This document shows, in pieces, positions 1 to 9,663 of a stretch of 32,000 nt of DNA. A program made the position numbers and the translations under genes. This stretch comes from Longivirga aurantiaca. Its GTDB lineage: Bacteria > Actinomycetota > Actinomycetes > S36-B12 > CAIYMF01. The stretch covers positions 450,001 through 482,000 of the forward strand of contig NZ_JBHSTI010000008.1 in the NCBI RefSeq assembly GCF_042660085.1, read 5' to 3'. Within the stretch, counting starts at the first letter, position 1. Every line of letters starts with the position of its first letter. The notes beneath the pieces were generated by a model that saw nothing but the letters and a program-made list of their open reading frames with translations, did not search any database and had not been told where the DNA came from.

Positions 1-740
<740 letters not shown>

Positions 741-964
741 CCTTCACGTGTGTGCCCTGAGGGTCGATCACGGCAGTTCAACCGCACTTCTTGACCCGAA
801 CTCGGTCGCGTTCGCGCGCCCTGCCGTGATGAGGGGGTACGCCGTACCCGTGTCGGGGCCGGCGTGACCGGGGGCAGCCTCACTGTCCCCCGGGCTCCAA
901 GATCACGAGGAGGGGTCGTCGGGCGTGGTTCAACTGCCCTGATCGACCCAAGGGGCAGAAATGG

Positions 965-1894
965 TCAGTCGTTGGCGTGCAGGTGCTCGTTGAGGGAGCC
1001 CCAGGCGCCGGAGCGCTGCCGGGCCTCGAGCGCGCCGGTCACGCTGTTGCGCCAGAACTGCAGCCCGTGCGCGCCGGAGAGGTCCTTGCCCTTGGCCACC
1101 GTGCCGTCGGGCAGCGTGATCTTCGACCCGCCCGTGACGTAGCAGCCGGCCTCGACCACGCAGTCGTCGCCGAGCGAGATGCCGACTCCGGCGTTCGCGC
1201 CGACGAGGCAGCGCTCGCCGATCGTGACCACCTCCGTGCCGCCGCCGGACAGGGTGCCCATGATCGACGCGCCGCCGCCGACGTCCGACCCGTCGCCGAC
1301 GACGACGCCCGCCGAGATGCGGCCCTCGACCATCGACGCGCCGAGCGTGCCGGCGTTGAAGTTCACGAACCCCTCGTGCATCACGGTGGTGCCGCTCGCG
1401 AGGTGCGCGCCGAGGCGCACGCGGTCGGCGTCGGCGATGCGGACGCCGGACGGCACGACGTAGTCGACCATCCGCGGGAACTTGTCGACGCCGAACACCG
1501 TGAGGTAGCCGCCGCCGCGGCGTACGGACACCTGCACCTGGTTCAGGCGGTCGATCGCCACCGGGCCGAGCGAGGTCCACGCGACGTTGGTGAGCAGCCC
1601 GAAGACGCCGTCGAGCGAGATCGTGCGCGGCTGCACCAGGCGGTGCGAGAGCAGGTGCAGGCGCAGCCATGCATCGGCCGCGTCGACCGGTGCGACCGAC
1701 AGGTCGGCGATCGTGGTCGTCAGCGTGACCGTGCGGGTGCCGCGGACGTCGTCCACGCGCGTCACGTCGCCGAGCCCGGCCACGTCCGTCGGCGTCGCCG
1801 ACAGCGCCGGGGCCGGGTACCAGACGTCGAGCAGCGTGTCGCCGGCGTAGGTCGCGAGGCCGACGGCGGAGGCGGGGGAGGAGAGCAGCGTCAT
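965..1894 (-). CDS. dapD: 2,3,4,5-tetrahydropyridine-2,6-dicarboxylate N-succinyltransferase
   Basis: Left-handed beta-helix/hexapeptide-like sequence ([32 protein letters not shown]... [25 protein letters not shown]...); start MTLLSS (CAT at 1892-1894) preferred over the track start at 1987; divergent from dapE. Confidence 0.93.
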   Translation of the reverse strand: MTLLSSPASAVGLATYAGDTLLDVWYPAPALSATPTDVAGLGDVTRVDDVRGTRTVTLTTTIADLSVAPVDAADAWLRLHLLSHRLVQPRTISLDGVFGLLTNVAWTSLGPVAIDRLNQVQVSVRRGGGYLTVFGVDKFPRMVDYVVPSGVRIADADRVRLGAHLASGTTVMHEGFVNFNAGTLGASMVEGRISAGVVVGDGSDVGGGASIMGTLSGGGTEVVTIGERCLVGANAGVGISLGDDCVVEAGCYVTGGSKITLPDGTVAKGKDLSGAHGLQFWRNSVTGALEARQRSGAWGSLNEHLHAND

Positions 1895-2073
1895 GCGGGC
1901 CAACCTACCGAGCGGGCACGCGACCACGCGGCCACGCGGCCAGGCGTCGCCAGGCGTCGGCGTTCCGCGAGGAGCTGTGGACTGCACTGCGTCCGTGACG
2001 GGCGCGGTCCGTCCTCGGAGGGTGGAATCACGCCGGGCGGGCTGGTTCCTGCTGGTGTCGTTAGGCTCTGCGG

Positions 2074-3156
2074 GTGACCGATGGACCCGTGCTCGACCTG
2101 CACGCCGACCTCGCCGACCTGCTGCAGTCGCTGATCGACGTCCCGAGCGAGTCGCGCGAGGAGCAGGCGCTCGCGGACGCCGTCGAGCGGGCGCTGTCGG
2201 CCTACCCCCACCTGGTCCTGACCCGCGTCGGCCACACGATCGTGGCCCGCACCGACCTCGGCCGCGCCGAGCGCGTGGTGATCGGAGGCCACCTCGACAC
2301 CGTGCCGGCCAACCACAACCTGCCGTCCGAGCGCCGCGACGTCGACGGCGAGGACCGCGTGTACGGACTCGGCGCGTGCGACATGAAGGGCGGCGTCGCC
2401 GTCGCCCTGCAGCTCGCCGCGACGCTCGCCGAGCCCACGCGCGACGTCACCTGGGTCTTCTACGAGGCCGAGGAGATCGACTCGCAGTTCAACGGCCTGC
2501 GCATCCTGGCCGAGTCGCACCCCGACCTGCTCGCGGGCGACTTCGCCGTCCTGATGGAGCCGAGCAACGCCGTGGTCGAGGCGGGCTGCCAGGGCACGAT
2601 GCGCGCCGAGGTGCGCACCACGGGAACCCGCTCGCACAGCGCCCGCAGCTGGATGGGCCACAACGCGATCCACGATGCCGGCGACGTGCTGCGCCGCCTC
2701 GCGGCGTACGAGCCTCGGCAGGTCGAGATCGACGGCCTGGTCTACCGCGAGGGCCTCAACGCGGTCGGCATCAGCGGCGGCGTGGCGGGCAACGTCATCC
2801 CCGACGAGTGCGTCGTCGCGGTCAACTACCGCTTCGCGCCCACGCGTTCGAGCGCGGAGGCCGAGGCGCACGTGCGCGAGGTGTTCGCGGGGTACGACGT
2901 CGCCGTGATCGACACCGTCGACGGCGCCCTGCCCGGCCTCGCCCACCCGGCTGCCGCCGCGTTCGTGGCGGCTGTCGGCGGCGCGCCGAGCCCGAAGTTC
3001 GGATGGACCGACGTCGCCCGGTTCACCGCCCTCGGCGTCCCCGCGGTGAACTTCGGCCCGGGCGACCCGTCGATCGCGCACAGCCAGGGCGAGCACTGCC
3101 CGGTCGGGGACCTCGCGACCGTTGCGCGCGGCCTGCGCGCCTGGCTCACCGCCTAG
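2074..3156 (+). CDS. dapE: Succinyl-diaminopimelate desuccinylase (M20 peptidase family)
   Basis: M20 motifs [43 protein letters not shown]; next to dapD. Confidence 0.95.
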   Translation: MTDGPVLDLHADLADLLQSLIDVPSESREEQALADAVERALSAYPHLVLTRVGHTIVARTDLGRAERVVIGGHLDTVPANHNLPSERRDVDGEDRVYGLGACDMKGGVAVALQLAATLAEPTRDVTWVFYEAEEIDSQFNGLRILAESHPDLLAGDFAVLMEPSNAVVEAGCQGTMRAEVRTTGTRSHSARSWMGHNAIHDAGDVLRRLAAYEPRQVEIDGLVYREGLNAVGISGGVAGNVIPDECVVAVNYRFAPTRSSAEAEAHVREVFAGYDVAVIDTVDGALPGLAHPAAAAFVAAVGGAPSPKFGWTDVARFTALGVPAVNFGPGDPSIAHSQGEHCPVGDLATVARGLRAWLTA

Positions 3157-3194
3157 CCGTACGCGGAAGGCGCGGGCTCTCCGAGTGGCGAGGC

Positions 3195-3608
3195 TCAGGG
3201 CGCGGTGACGAAGAGCGCGGCGTTGGCCCGCACGTTCTCCTGGTCGGTCCAGTACCCGGGGTCGGTCGAGACGAGCCGCCAGCCGGCCGTCGGCGAGGCC
3301 GACGACAGCGGCGGAAGGTACGCAGCGACCGTGACGGCTGGGTCCTGGCCCTCGATCGCCTTCACGTCGGCGGTGGTGTCCTGGAAGAGCAGGTCGGTGG
3401 CGAGGGTCTCGCCGAGGACGGCGTCCGCCACCTCGTAGTCGCTCACCCAGTAGTCGCGGCCGTCGTACCGGACGATCACCCCGGACTTCGAGCTGTCGAT
3501 GCCCGGCGATCCGCTGCCGAACCATCCGCTCGAGACGCCGAGAGCCGCCACGACGCCCACGATGACGGCGACGAGCGCGCCCACGGTCCACCCGCGCTGC
3601 TTGGTCAT
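3195..3608 (-). CDS. Hypothetical membrane-anchored protein
   Basis: MTKQRGWTVGALVAVIVGVVAALGVSSGW N-terminal hydrophobic segment followed by a soluble domain; start at CAT 3606-3608. Confidence 0.75.
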   Translation of the reverse strand: MTKQRGWTVGALVAVIVGVVAALGVSSGWFGSGSPGIDSSKSGVIVRYDGRDYWVSDYEVADAVLGETLATDLLFQDTTADVKAIEGQDPAVTVAAYLPPLSSASPTAGWRLVSTDPGYWTDQENVRANAALFVTAP

Positions 3609-3723
3609 GCCGCCACCCCACCCGAGTCGGTCCCCGCGGCGGTGTGACGCAGGCCTCACGCGCGCGGTTCCGTCGGTCCAGCCCGGGATGCCGCCCCGGC
3701 TGGGGGCGTGCGAGGCTCGCACC

Positions 3724-3975
3724 GTGAGCTTCAACCGGCGCAACCCCGACGACCCGCAGCCGAGGCCCTGGAACCCGTGGCTGCTCGGCGGCTGCATCGT
3801 CAGCGGCCTCGGGGCGTTCCTCCTGACCTTCCTGCTGCCGAACGAGCTCTTCGCGCCCGGCAACGAAGGCGTCGTCACGGTGACCGCGATGGTCTACATG
3901 GTCGGCTTCATCGCGCTCGTCGGCCTCTGCATCACCCTGGGCTACTGGGCCTCCCGGCAGCGCAACCGCCGCTAG
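3724..3975 (+). CDS. Small two-TM membrane protein
   Basis: GTG start VSFNRRNPDDPQPRPWNPWLLGGCIVSGLGAFLLTFLLP...VYMVGFIALVGLCITLGYWASRQRNRR; two clear hydrophobic helices; track start at 3499 is probably too early. Confidence 0.7.
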   Translation: MSFNRRNPDDPQPRPWNPWLLGGCIVSGLGAFLLTFLLPNELFAPGNEGVVTVTAMVYMVGFIALVGLCITLGYWASRQRNRR

Positions 3976-4895
3976 GGCACGAGCCCGTCCACGAACTCCA
4001 CGCTCGCGGCACTGATCTGCGCCCGGGCGTCGTCGTGGCTGATAGTGGGTGTCCCGTCACCGGGTTGCGGCCCGTAGTCGCCGAAGTACGCGTGCACGGC
4101 ACCCTCGATCACGGTGAACGTCGCGGTCGGCGGCAGGTTCGCCCGCGACGCGTCGATGTCGGAGGGGGTCGCGAGCCCGTCGAGGCTCCCCGACACCGAC
4201 AGCACCGACGAGCCGAGGGTGTCGCTCATGTCGGACGCGGGGTACGACGCGTAGAGCAGCAGCCCGGCCGCCACGCCGAGCCCGTCGGCGGTGCTCGACT
4301 CCGCCTCGATGGCGGCCACGGTGCCGCCGAGGGAGTGGCCGGCCACCACCCAGCGCTGCACCTCGGGGTACGCCGAGCGCGCCGAGTCGAAGGCGCCGAG
4401 CGCGAGGAACGCGATCGAGAGCGGCTGCTTCACGATCACGACCCGATGGCCCGCCTCGGCCAGGGGGCGCAGCACCGCGGCGTACGCCCGGGCCTCGACC
4501 TTCGCGCCGGGCTGGAACAGGACCCCGACCTCGTCGGAGCCCGAGACCGGCGTCAGCACGATGTCGGTCATCGACTCGGTCACGGTGACGGTCGCATCGC
4601 TCTGCAGGGCGGCCAGCGCCGGCTCGACCGCGCTGAACGGCCGCAGCCACCACATCGCGGCGACCCACAGGACGCCCAGCACGGGCGCGGCCACGCGGAG
4701 GAACCGCCGGAACCCACCTCGCTCGCGGGGTTCGCCGAGGGAGCGCACGAGGCTCACGACCGCGACGACGACCGTCAGCGCCAGGAGCACGGCGTACGCC
4801 GGGTGCCCGTGCACGACCGCCGGCCACGCCGTCAGGCACGCCCAGGCCACGACGGCGAGCGCCACCGCCGCCACACCCCGCGAGAACCAGACCAT
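3972..4895 (-). CDS. Alpha/beta hydrolase with N-terminal transmembrane segments
   Basis: VVAGHSLGGTVAAIEA nucleophile elbow, N-terminal TM helices, C-terminal IEGAVHAYFGDYGPQ; start MVWFSRG (CAT 4893-4895). Confidence 0.85.
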   Translation of the reverse strand: MVWFSRGVAAVALAVVAWACLTAWPAVVHGHPAYAVLLALTVVVAVVSLVRSLGEPRERGGFRRFLRVAAPVLGVLWVAAMWWLRPFSAVEPALAALQSDATVTVTESMTDIVLTPVSGSDEVGVLFQPGAKVEARAYAAVLRPLAEAGHRVVIVKQPLSIAFLALGAFDSARSAYPEVQRWVVAGHSLGGTVAAIEAESSTADGLGVAAGLLLYASYPASDMSDTLGSSVLSVSGSLDGLATPSDIDASRANLPPTATFTVIEGAVHAYFGDYGPQPGDGTPTISHDDARAQISAASVEFVDGLVP

Positions 4896-5045
4896 GTGCC
4901 CCTCACCCCCACCGCAGCCGTGTGCTGCGAGCCCGACGCTAGCGCCGCGTGCCGGCGCCGTACGCCCGGGCACGGCGCGAGGGGCGGCCCGCCGGAGCGG
5001 ACCGACCCTCGGCGACCAGGTCGTGCACGTGGTGCTGGGCCCGGG

Positions 5046-5666
5046 TCAGGCCGCGGCGCCGCGCCGCAGCTGACCGGCCACGGCGACGGTGCGCTGGGCC
5101 AGGTGGTCGAGAGCGGCGAACTCCTCGTCGGCCGGGGCGGCAGCACCGTTGAACGAGACGTGCGAGACGCCGTAGGGGTTGCCGTCGTTGAACTTCACGG
5201 CCGGGTCGGTGTAGCCCGGGGGCACGATGATGCCGCCGAAGTGGTAGACCGAGTTGTAGAGCGCGAGCAGCGTCGTCTCCTGGCCTCCGCGCTTGGTGCC
5301 GGTCGAGACGAACCCGGCGTACACCTTGTTGGCGAGCTTGCCCTGGGCCCAGAGGCCGCCGAGGCTGTCGAGGTACTGCTTGAGCTGCGCGGCGAGGTTG
5401 CCGAAGCGGGTGGGCGTGCCGAAGAGCACGACGTCGGCCCAGTCGATGTCGTCGGCGGTCGCGACCGGGATGTCGGCGGTGGCGGCAGCGTGGGCGGCCC
5501 AGGCCTCGTTGGAGGCGATGGCCTCGGCGGGCGCGAGCTCGGCGACCTTGACCAGGCGCACCTCGGCGCCGGCCTTCTCCGCGGCCTGTGCGGCGCGGGC
5601 GGCCATGGTGTGCACCGATCCGGTGGACGAGTAGTAGATGACGGCGACCTTGACGGCGTCGGACAT
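5046..5666 (-). CDS. wrbA: NAD(P)H:quinone oxidoreductase, WrbA-type flavoprotein
   Basis: VAVIYYSSTGSVHTMA flavodoxin P-loop, GTPTRFGNLAAQLKQYLDSLGGLWAQGKLANKVYAGFVSTGT; Shine-Dalgarno-like ggagg upstream of the start on the minus strand. Confidence 0.92.
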   Translation of the reverse strand: MSDAVKVAVIYYSSTGSVHTMAARAAQAAEKAGAEVRLVKVAELAPAEAIASNEAWAAHAAATADIPVATADDIDWADVVLFGTPTRFGNLAAQLKQYLDSLGGLWAQGKLANKVYAGFVSTGTKRGGQETTLLALYNSVYHFGGIIVPPGYTDPAVKFNDGNPYGVSHVSFNGAAAPADEEFAALDHLAQRTVAVAGQLRRGAAA

Positions 5667-5687
5667 GGGGAGCCTCCAGAGCAGTTA

Positions 5688-5718
5688 GTTGAGCGTTCAA
5701 CGTCTGCAAGTAGTTGAA
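5688..5718. promoter_or_regulatory. Candidate operator region upstream of wrbA with three GTTGA/TCAAC half-sites
   Basis: GTTGA-GCGT-TCAAC (5688-5701) followed by a further GTTGAA (5713-5718). On the minus strand this reads as near direct repeats TTCAACTACTTGC and CTCAACTAACTGC. Confidence 0.4.
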
Positions 5719-5848
5719 CACACAACAATTTGGTCTGCAACCCGGCGTCCGCTGATCGGGAGGGAGTTCACGCGGTGTTCACGGCGGGGCGACGCACGGA
5801 CGGGCCCGGGGTGGCCCGCGGCGGCGCAGGACGGGTTAGCGTCCTCGG

Positions 5849-6658
5849 GTGAGCTTCCCCCTGCTGCCCGACGGCACCGCGCACCCGCCCACCCGCACCA
5901 AGGGCCCGGTGACCCTGCGCCGGTCGCAGGTGCCGCCGACGACGACCGACCAGCGCCTCCTCGACTCCCCCGGGGAGAGCGACTGGGTCCACACCGACCC
6001 GTGGCGAGTCCTGCGCATCCAGGCCGAGTTCGTCGAGGGCTTCGGCGCGCTCGCCGGGCTGGGTGCGGCGGTCAGCATCTTCGGCTCGGCGCGCACCAAG
6101 CCTGAGGACCCGGCGTACCAGCAGGCGCACGACGTCGCGGCCAAGCTGGTCGACGCCGGCTTCGCGGTGATCACGGGCGGCGGCCCGGGCGTCATGGAGG
6201 CGGCCAACAAGGGTGCGTACGACGCAGGCGGCACGTCGGTCGGGCTCGGCATCGAGCTGCCGTTCGAGCAGGGCATGAACGCGTACGTCGACCTCGGCGT
6301 GAACTTCCGCTACTTCTTCGCGCGCAAGACGATGTTCGTGAAGTACGCGCAGGCCTTCGTGGTGTTCCCCGGCGGCTTCGGCACCCTCGACGAGCTCTTC
6401 GAGTCGCTCACGCTCGTGCAGACGCGGAAGGTGACGTCGTTCCCCGTCGTCCTCGTGGGCACCAGCTACTGGGGCGGCCTGGTCGACTGGATCCGCGGCA
6501 CGATGCTCGAGACCGGCCGGATCTCGCCGCAGGACTTCGACCTCGTCCACCTCACCGACGATCTCGACGAGGTGGTCCGCATCATCCTTGCCGCGCAAGA
6601 GGTCCATGGCCGCGCGGGCAACGGCGCCCATCACGTCGAGCCCCCTGTGGAGGCCTGA
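5849..6658 (+). CDS. LOG-family / TIGR00730 Rossmann-fold protein, long form
   Basis: VSIFGSARTKPEDPAYQQA, VITGGGPGVMEAANKGAYDAGGTSVGLGIELPFEQ, VVFPGGFGTLDELFE; the PGGxGTxxE motif is diagnostic. GTG start. Confidence 0.93.
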   Translation: MSFPLLPDGTAHPPTRTKGPVTLRRSQVPPTTTDQRLLDSPGESDWVHTDPWRVLRIQAEFVEGFGALAGLGAAVSIFGSARTKPEDPAYQQAHDVAAKLVDAGFAVITGGGPGVMEAANKGAYDAGGTSVGLGIELPFEQGMNAYVDLGVNFRYFFARKTMFVKYAQAFVVFPGGFGTLDELFESLTLVQTRKVTSFPVVLVGTSYWGGLVDWIRGTMLETGRISPQDFDLVHLTDDLDEVVRIILAAQEVHGRAGNGAHHVEPPVEA

Positions 6659-6659
6659 G

Positions 6660-7265
6660 ATGCCCTCGGTCGCAGTGTTCTGCGCGTCCAGCGAAGACAT
6701 CGACGAGCGGTACAAGGTGCTGGCCGCGGAGGTGGGCTTCGCGCTCGCCCGTCGCGGCTGGACCCTCGTCAGCGGCGGCGGCTCGGTGAGCTCGATGGGT
6801 GCCGTGGCGCGTGCTGCGCGCGCGGGCGGCGCGCACACCATCGGCATCATCCCCCGCGCACTGGTCGAGATGGAGGTCGCCGACCACGGCGCCGACGAGC
6901 TCGTCGTCACCGACGACATGCGTGAGCGCAAGGCCGAGATGGACCGTCGTGCCGACGCGTTCCTGACCCTGCCGGGCGGCATCGGCACGCTCGAGGAGCT
7001 GCTCGAGATCTGGGTCGCCCGCTCGCTGCGGATGCACGACAAGCCGATCGTCGTGCTCGACCCATGGCGCGACCTCCACCCGCTCGCCGAGCTCGTGAGC
7101 GGCCTCGTCGAGGCCGGCTTCGTGCGCGACGTCGCCGCCGCCCAGCTCGTGTGGACGTCGTCGGTCGACGAGGCGATGGCCGCGATCGAGGACGGCTGGG
7201 CCGAGGCGGGCAGCGTCGTGCACAGCGAGCCCACAGCGAACGAGTGGCTCGAAGCCGAGCCGTGA
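6660..7265 (+). CDS. LOG-family / TIGR00730 protein (cytokinin riboside 5'-monophosphate phosphoribohydrolase-like), short form
   Basis: MPSVAVFCASSEDIDERY, LVSGGGSVSSMGAVARAA, LTLPGGIGTLEELLE; ATG two bases after the stop of the upstream LOG gene. Confidence 0.9.
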   Translation: MPSVAVFCASSEDIDERYKVLAAEVGFALARRGWTLVSGGGSVSSMGAVARAARAGGAHTIGIIPRALVEMEVADHGADELVVTDDMRERKAEMDRRADAFLTLPGGIGTLEELLEIWVARSLRMHDKPIVVLDPWRDLHPLAELVSGLVEAGFVRDVAAAQLVWTSSVDEAMAAIEDGWAEAGSVVHSEPTANEWLEAEP

Positions 7266-7272
7266 CAGTCCC

Positions 7273-7334
7273 CGAGTTACTGCCCAAATGCTCGCTGAGC
7301 ATGGTCGTTCAACGACCATGTGGGCAGTAACTCG
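7273..7334. repeat. 62-bp palindromic intergenic element, copy A
   Basis: CGAGTTACTGCCCA (7273-7286) and TGGGCAGTAACTCG (7321-7334) are exact inverted arms. An inner perfect inverted repeat CATGGTCGTT-C-AACGACCATG lies at 7300-7320. The outer arms are identical to those of copy B at 25903-25964. Confidence 0.9.
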
Positions 7335-7340
7335 CGTACC

Positions 7341-7820
7341 TCAGCGGAGGTAGGGGACGAGGGCCCAGCGGACCTGCATCCGGTACGCCGGATACTCGGG
7401 ATAGGCCTCGGCGAGCCACTGCTCCTCGACCTGGCGCTTGAGGTCGAGCACGACCGCGAGCGCGGCGAACGGGATCAGCACGCAGGGCGAGGTCAGCAGC
7501 GCCCAGCCGAGCACGCCGCAGAGCACCGAGAGGTACATCGGGTGCCGGACGACGCCGTACACGCCGTCGGTGCGCAGGCGCCCGCCGTCGCGCGGCTGCG
7601 GCAGCGCGGTGAGCGAGGGCCCCAGCCCCACCGCGGCGAGCACGGCGACGACGACGCCCGCGGACAGGACGAGGATCCCGATGTAGCGCAGCCCGCCGGC
7701 CCAGGCCTCGCCCCAGCCGGACAGGTCCGTGAGGCCCAGCACGAGGGCGACACCGAGCAGCGCGAACTGCAGCGCCACCCAGCCGCCGCCGCGGCCGCCG
7801 AGCCGGGGCAGGCCGCTCAC
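7341..7820 (-). CDS. Isoprenylcysteine carboxyl methyltransferase (ICMT)-family membrane protein
   Basis: Several TM helices; GRLRTDGVYGVVRHPMYLSVLCGVLGWALL...AEAYPEYPAYRMQVRWALVPYLR matches the RHPMY...EYxxY pattern of the family. Confidence 0.85.
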   Translation of the reverse strand: MSGLPRLGGRGGGWVALQFALLGVALVLGLTDLSGWGEAWAGGLRYIGILVLSAGVVVAVLAAVGLGPSLTALPQPRDGGRLRTDGVYGVVRHPMYLSVLCGVLGWALLTSPCVLIPFAALAVVLDLKRQVEEQWLAEAYPEYPAYRMQVRWALVPYLR

Positions 7821-7946
7821 TGCGTGGATCCGTGGGTCATGGCCTCATCGTGCCGTGCCCGGACGCGCGTCGCCGCCCGGGTGGGGGCTCCGGGCGGTCA
7901 CGCGCGGGCATCCGGCGACCGGATGCCCGTCGTCCGCGAGCTGCGC

Positions 7947-8537
7947 TCAGACGTCGTCGTCGTCGAGTCCCATGCCGGCCCCCATGCCGCCCCCCATGCC
8001 GGCCATGCCTGCGCCCATGCCGCCCATGCCGCCCATGCCCGCGCGGCCGCCGGCGACGCGGTCCTTGAGCTTCGCGAGGGCGTCGGGGGACAGCGCCCGC
8101 ACGGTGTCGGCCGTGCCCGCCGAGGCGCGCACCAGGGCGGTGTCGCCGACCACCAGGTCGGTGCCGCTCACGGTGCTGCGGTCACGGCGTACGACGGTGG
8201 AGTCGCCGATGGCGTAGGTGGCCGTGAAGCCGTCCGAGCTCTTCACGGTGACCGAGGTGGCGGATGCGGCTGTGATCTCGCCGCGCTGCACGTCGACCAC
8301 CTTCGTGCCGGTGTCGGTCTTCACGGTGAGGGACCCGTGCAGGACGTCGCGCATCATGCCGCGGCGCGCCTTCCCGGCGGCCGTGTCCGCCGTCGCCGCG
8401 GCCGCAGCCGTGCCCGACGGGACGGCTGCGGGGCCGAACGAGCCGGCGGATGCGACGCCGCTGAGGACGGTGGCGCCGATCGCCCCGGCGGTCACCCAGG
8501 CGACGGCGGTGGCGGCCTTGCGGGCGGTGGTGCTCAT
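7947..8537 (-). CDS. Exported protein, possibly DUF5666-like, with a Gly/Met-rich C-terminal tail
   Basis: N-terminal signal-like helix; middle domain LHGSLTVKTDTGTKVVDVQRGEITAASATSVTVKSSDGFTATYAIGDST; tail GRAGMGGMGGMGAGMAGMGGGMGAGMGLDDDDV. Confidence 0.75.
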   Translation of the reverse strand: MSTTARKAATAVAWVTAGAIGATVLSGVASAGSFGPAAVPSGTAAAAATADTAAGKARRGMMRDVLHGSLTVKTDTGTKVVDVQRGEITAASATSVTVKSSDGFTATYAIGDSTVVRRDRSTVSGTDLVVGDTALVRASAGTADTVRALSPDALAKLKDRVAGGRAGMGGMGGMGAGMAGMGGGMGAGMGLDDDDV

Positions 8538-8683
8538 GGCGTGCTCCTGCGGGGCTGGAGGACCTCGCGTCCTCGACTGCCTCCACTGTGCGCCGCCCCC
8601 GTACGGCAGTCGTCCCAGGCGTGTTCGGGTCGTGTAAAGACCGTCAGCGGCGACGCGGCAGCATCCTCATCGGACGACCAGGG

Positions 8684-9547
8684 TCAGGCGAGGCCGCGGC
8701 GGGCTGCTGCCGGTGGGCGGTGGCCGGCGATCGAGGCGACCATGTCGAGGGTCTGGCGGGTGGCTGCGACGTCGTGCGCGCGGTAGACCTGCGCGCCGAG
8801 CCAGGCCGAGACGGACGTGGCCGCGAGGGTGCCGAGAAGCCGGTCGGACGGCGCCGCGATGTCGAGCGTCTCGCCCACGAAGTCCTTGCGCGACAAGGAC
8901 ACCAGCACGGGCCATCCCGTGGCGACCAGCTCGGGGATGCGCCGCGTCGCCTCCAGGGAGTGCCGCGTGCTCTTGCCGAAGTCGTGGCCCGGGTCGATGA
9001 GCACCGAGTCGTGCGGCACGCCGAGGGCCACAGCCCGCTCGGCCTCGCCGACCGTCCGGCGCACGACGTCGGCGACGACGTCGTCGTACTCGACGCGGTG
9101 CGGCCGCGTGCGCGGAGTCGCGCCGCCTGTGTGCGTGCAGACGAGGCCGAGGCCGAACTCGGCGGCCACGGCCGCGAGCTCGGGGTCGTGGCCGCCCCAC
9201 GCGTCGTTCAGGAGGTCGGCGCCCTCGGCGGCCACCACGCGGCCCACCTCGGCACGCCAGGTGTCGACGCTGATCACGACGTCGTGGCGGGCGCGCACCG
9301 CCGCCACGAACGACGCAGTACGCCGGATCTCCTCGGCTGCGTCGACCTCGGCGCCAGGCCCGGCCTTCACGCCGCCGATGTCGACGATCCCGGCGCCCTC
9401 GTCGACCGCTCGGGCCACGGCGTCGAGCGCCGCCTTGTCGGTGAAGGTCGCTCCCTTGTCGTAGAACGAGTCGGGGGTCCTGTTCACGATCGCCATGACG
9501 ACGGTCTCGCCGTCGGCGAAGACGTGGCTGCCGAGCCGCAGCGCCAC
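8684..9547 (-). CDS. Dihydropteroate synthase homologue, FolP2-like
   Basis: IVNRTPDSFYDKG, GIVDIGGVKAGPGAEVDAAEEIRR, VISVDTWRAEV, DPGHDFGKSTRHSLEATRR; LLNDAWGG at the position where canonical FolP typically has NDxSGG. Confidence 0.88.
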   Translation of the reverse strand: MALRLGSHVFADGETVVMAIVNRTPDSFYDKGATFTDKAALDAVARAVDEGAGIVDIGGVKAGPGAEVDAAEEIRRTASFVAAVRARHDVVISVDTWRAEVGRVVAAEGADLLNDAWGGHDPELAAVAAEFGLGLVCTHTGGATPRTRPHRVEYDDVVADVVRRTVGEAERAVALGVPHDSVLIDPGHDFGKSTRHSLEATRRIPELVATGWPVLVSLSRKDFVGETLDIAAPSDRLLGTLAATSVSAWLGAQVYRAHDVAATRQTLDMVASIAGHRPPAAARRGLA

Positions 9548-9663
9548 CGCGCACCCCCTCCGACCGCGCCGTTCCGCAGGGTGCGGCAGGCGAGCCGGAC
9601 CAGCGTGGCATGCTCGTCCCGGGCGCGCCCCCGCAGGGCGCGCCGACCGTCGAGCCGAGAGGC

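Noticed and set aside
868-893. CCGGGGG...CCCCCGG inverted repeat between gltA and dapD as a terminator
   Set aside because: Only 7-bp arms with a 12-nt loop in GC-rich DNA, more than 100 bp after the gltA stop; too weak to assert.
7947-8050. Possible CRISPR-like or tandem non-coding repeat from the recurring cccatgcc units
   Set aside because: Explained by the in-frame Gly-Met repeat coding sequence.
7320-8786. 488-aa ORF beginning inside palindrome copy A
   Set aside because: Starts in the repeat and reads antisense through two recognised genes; composition is shadow-like.
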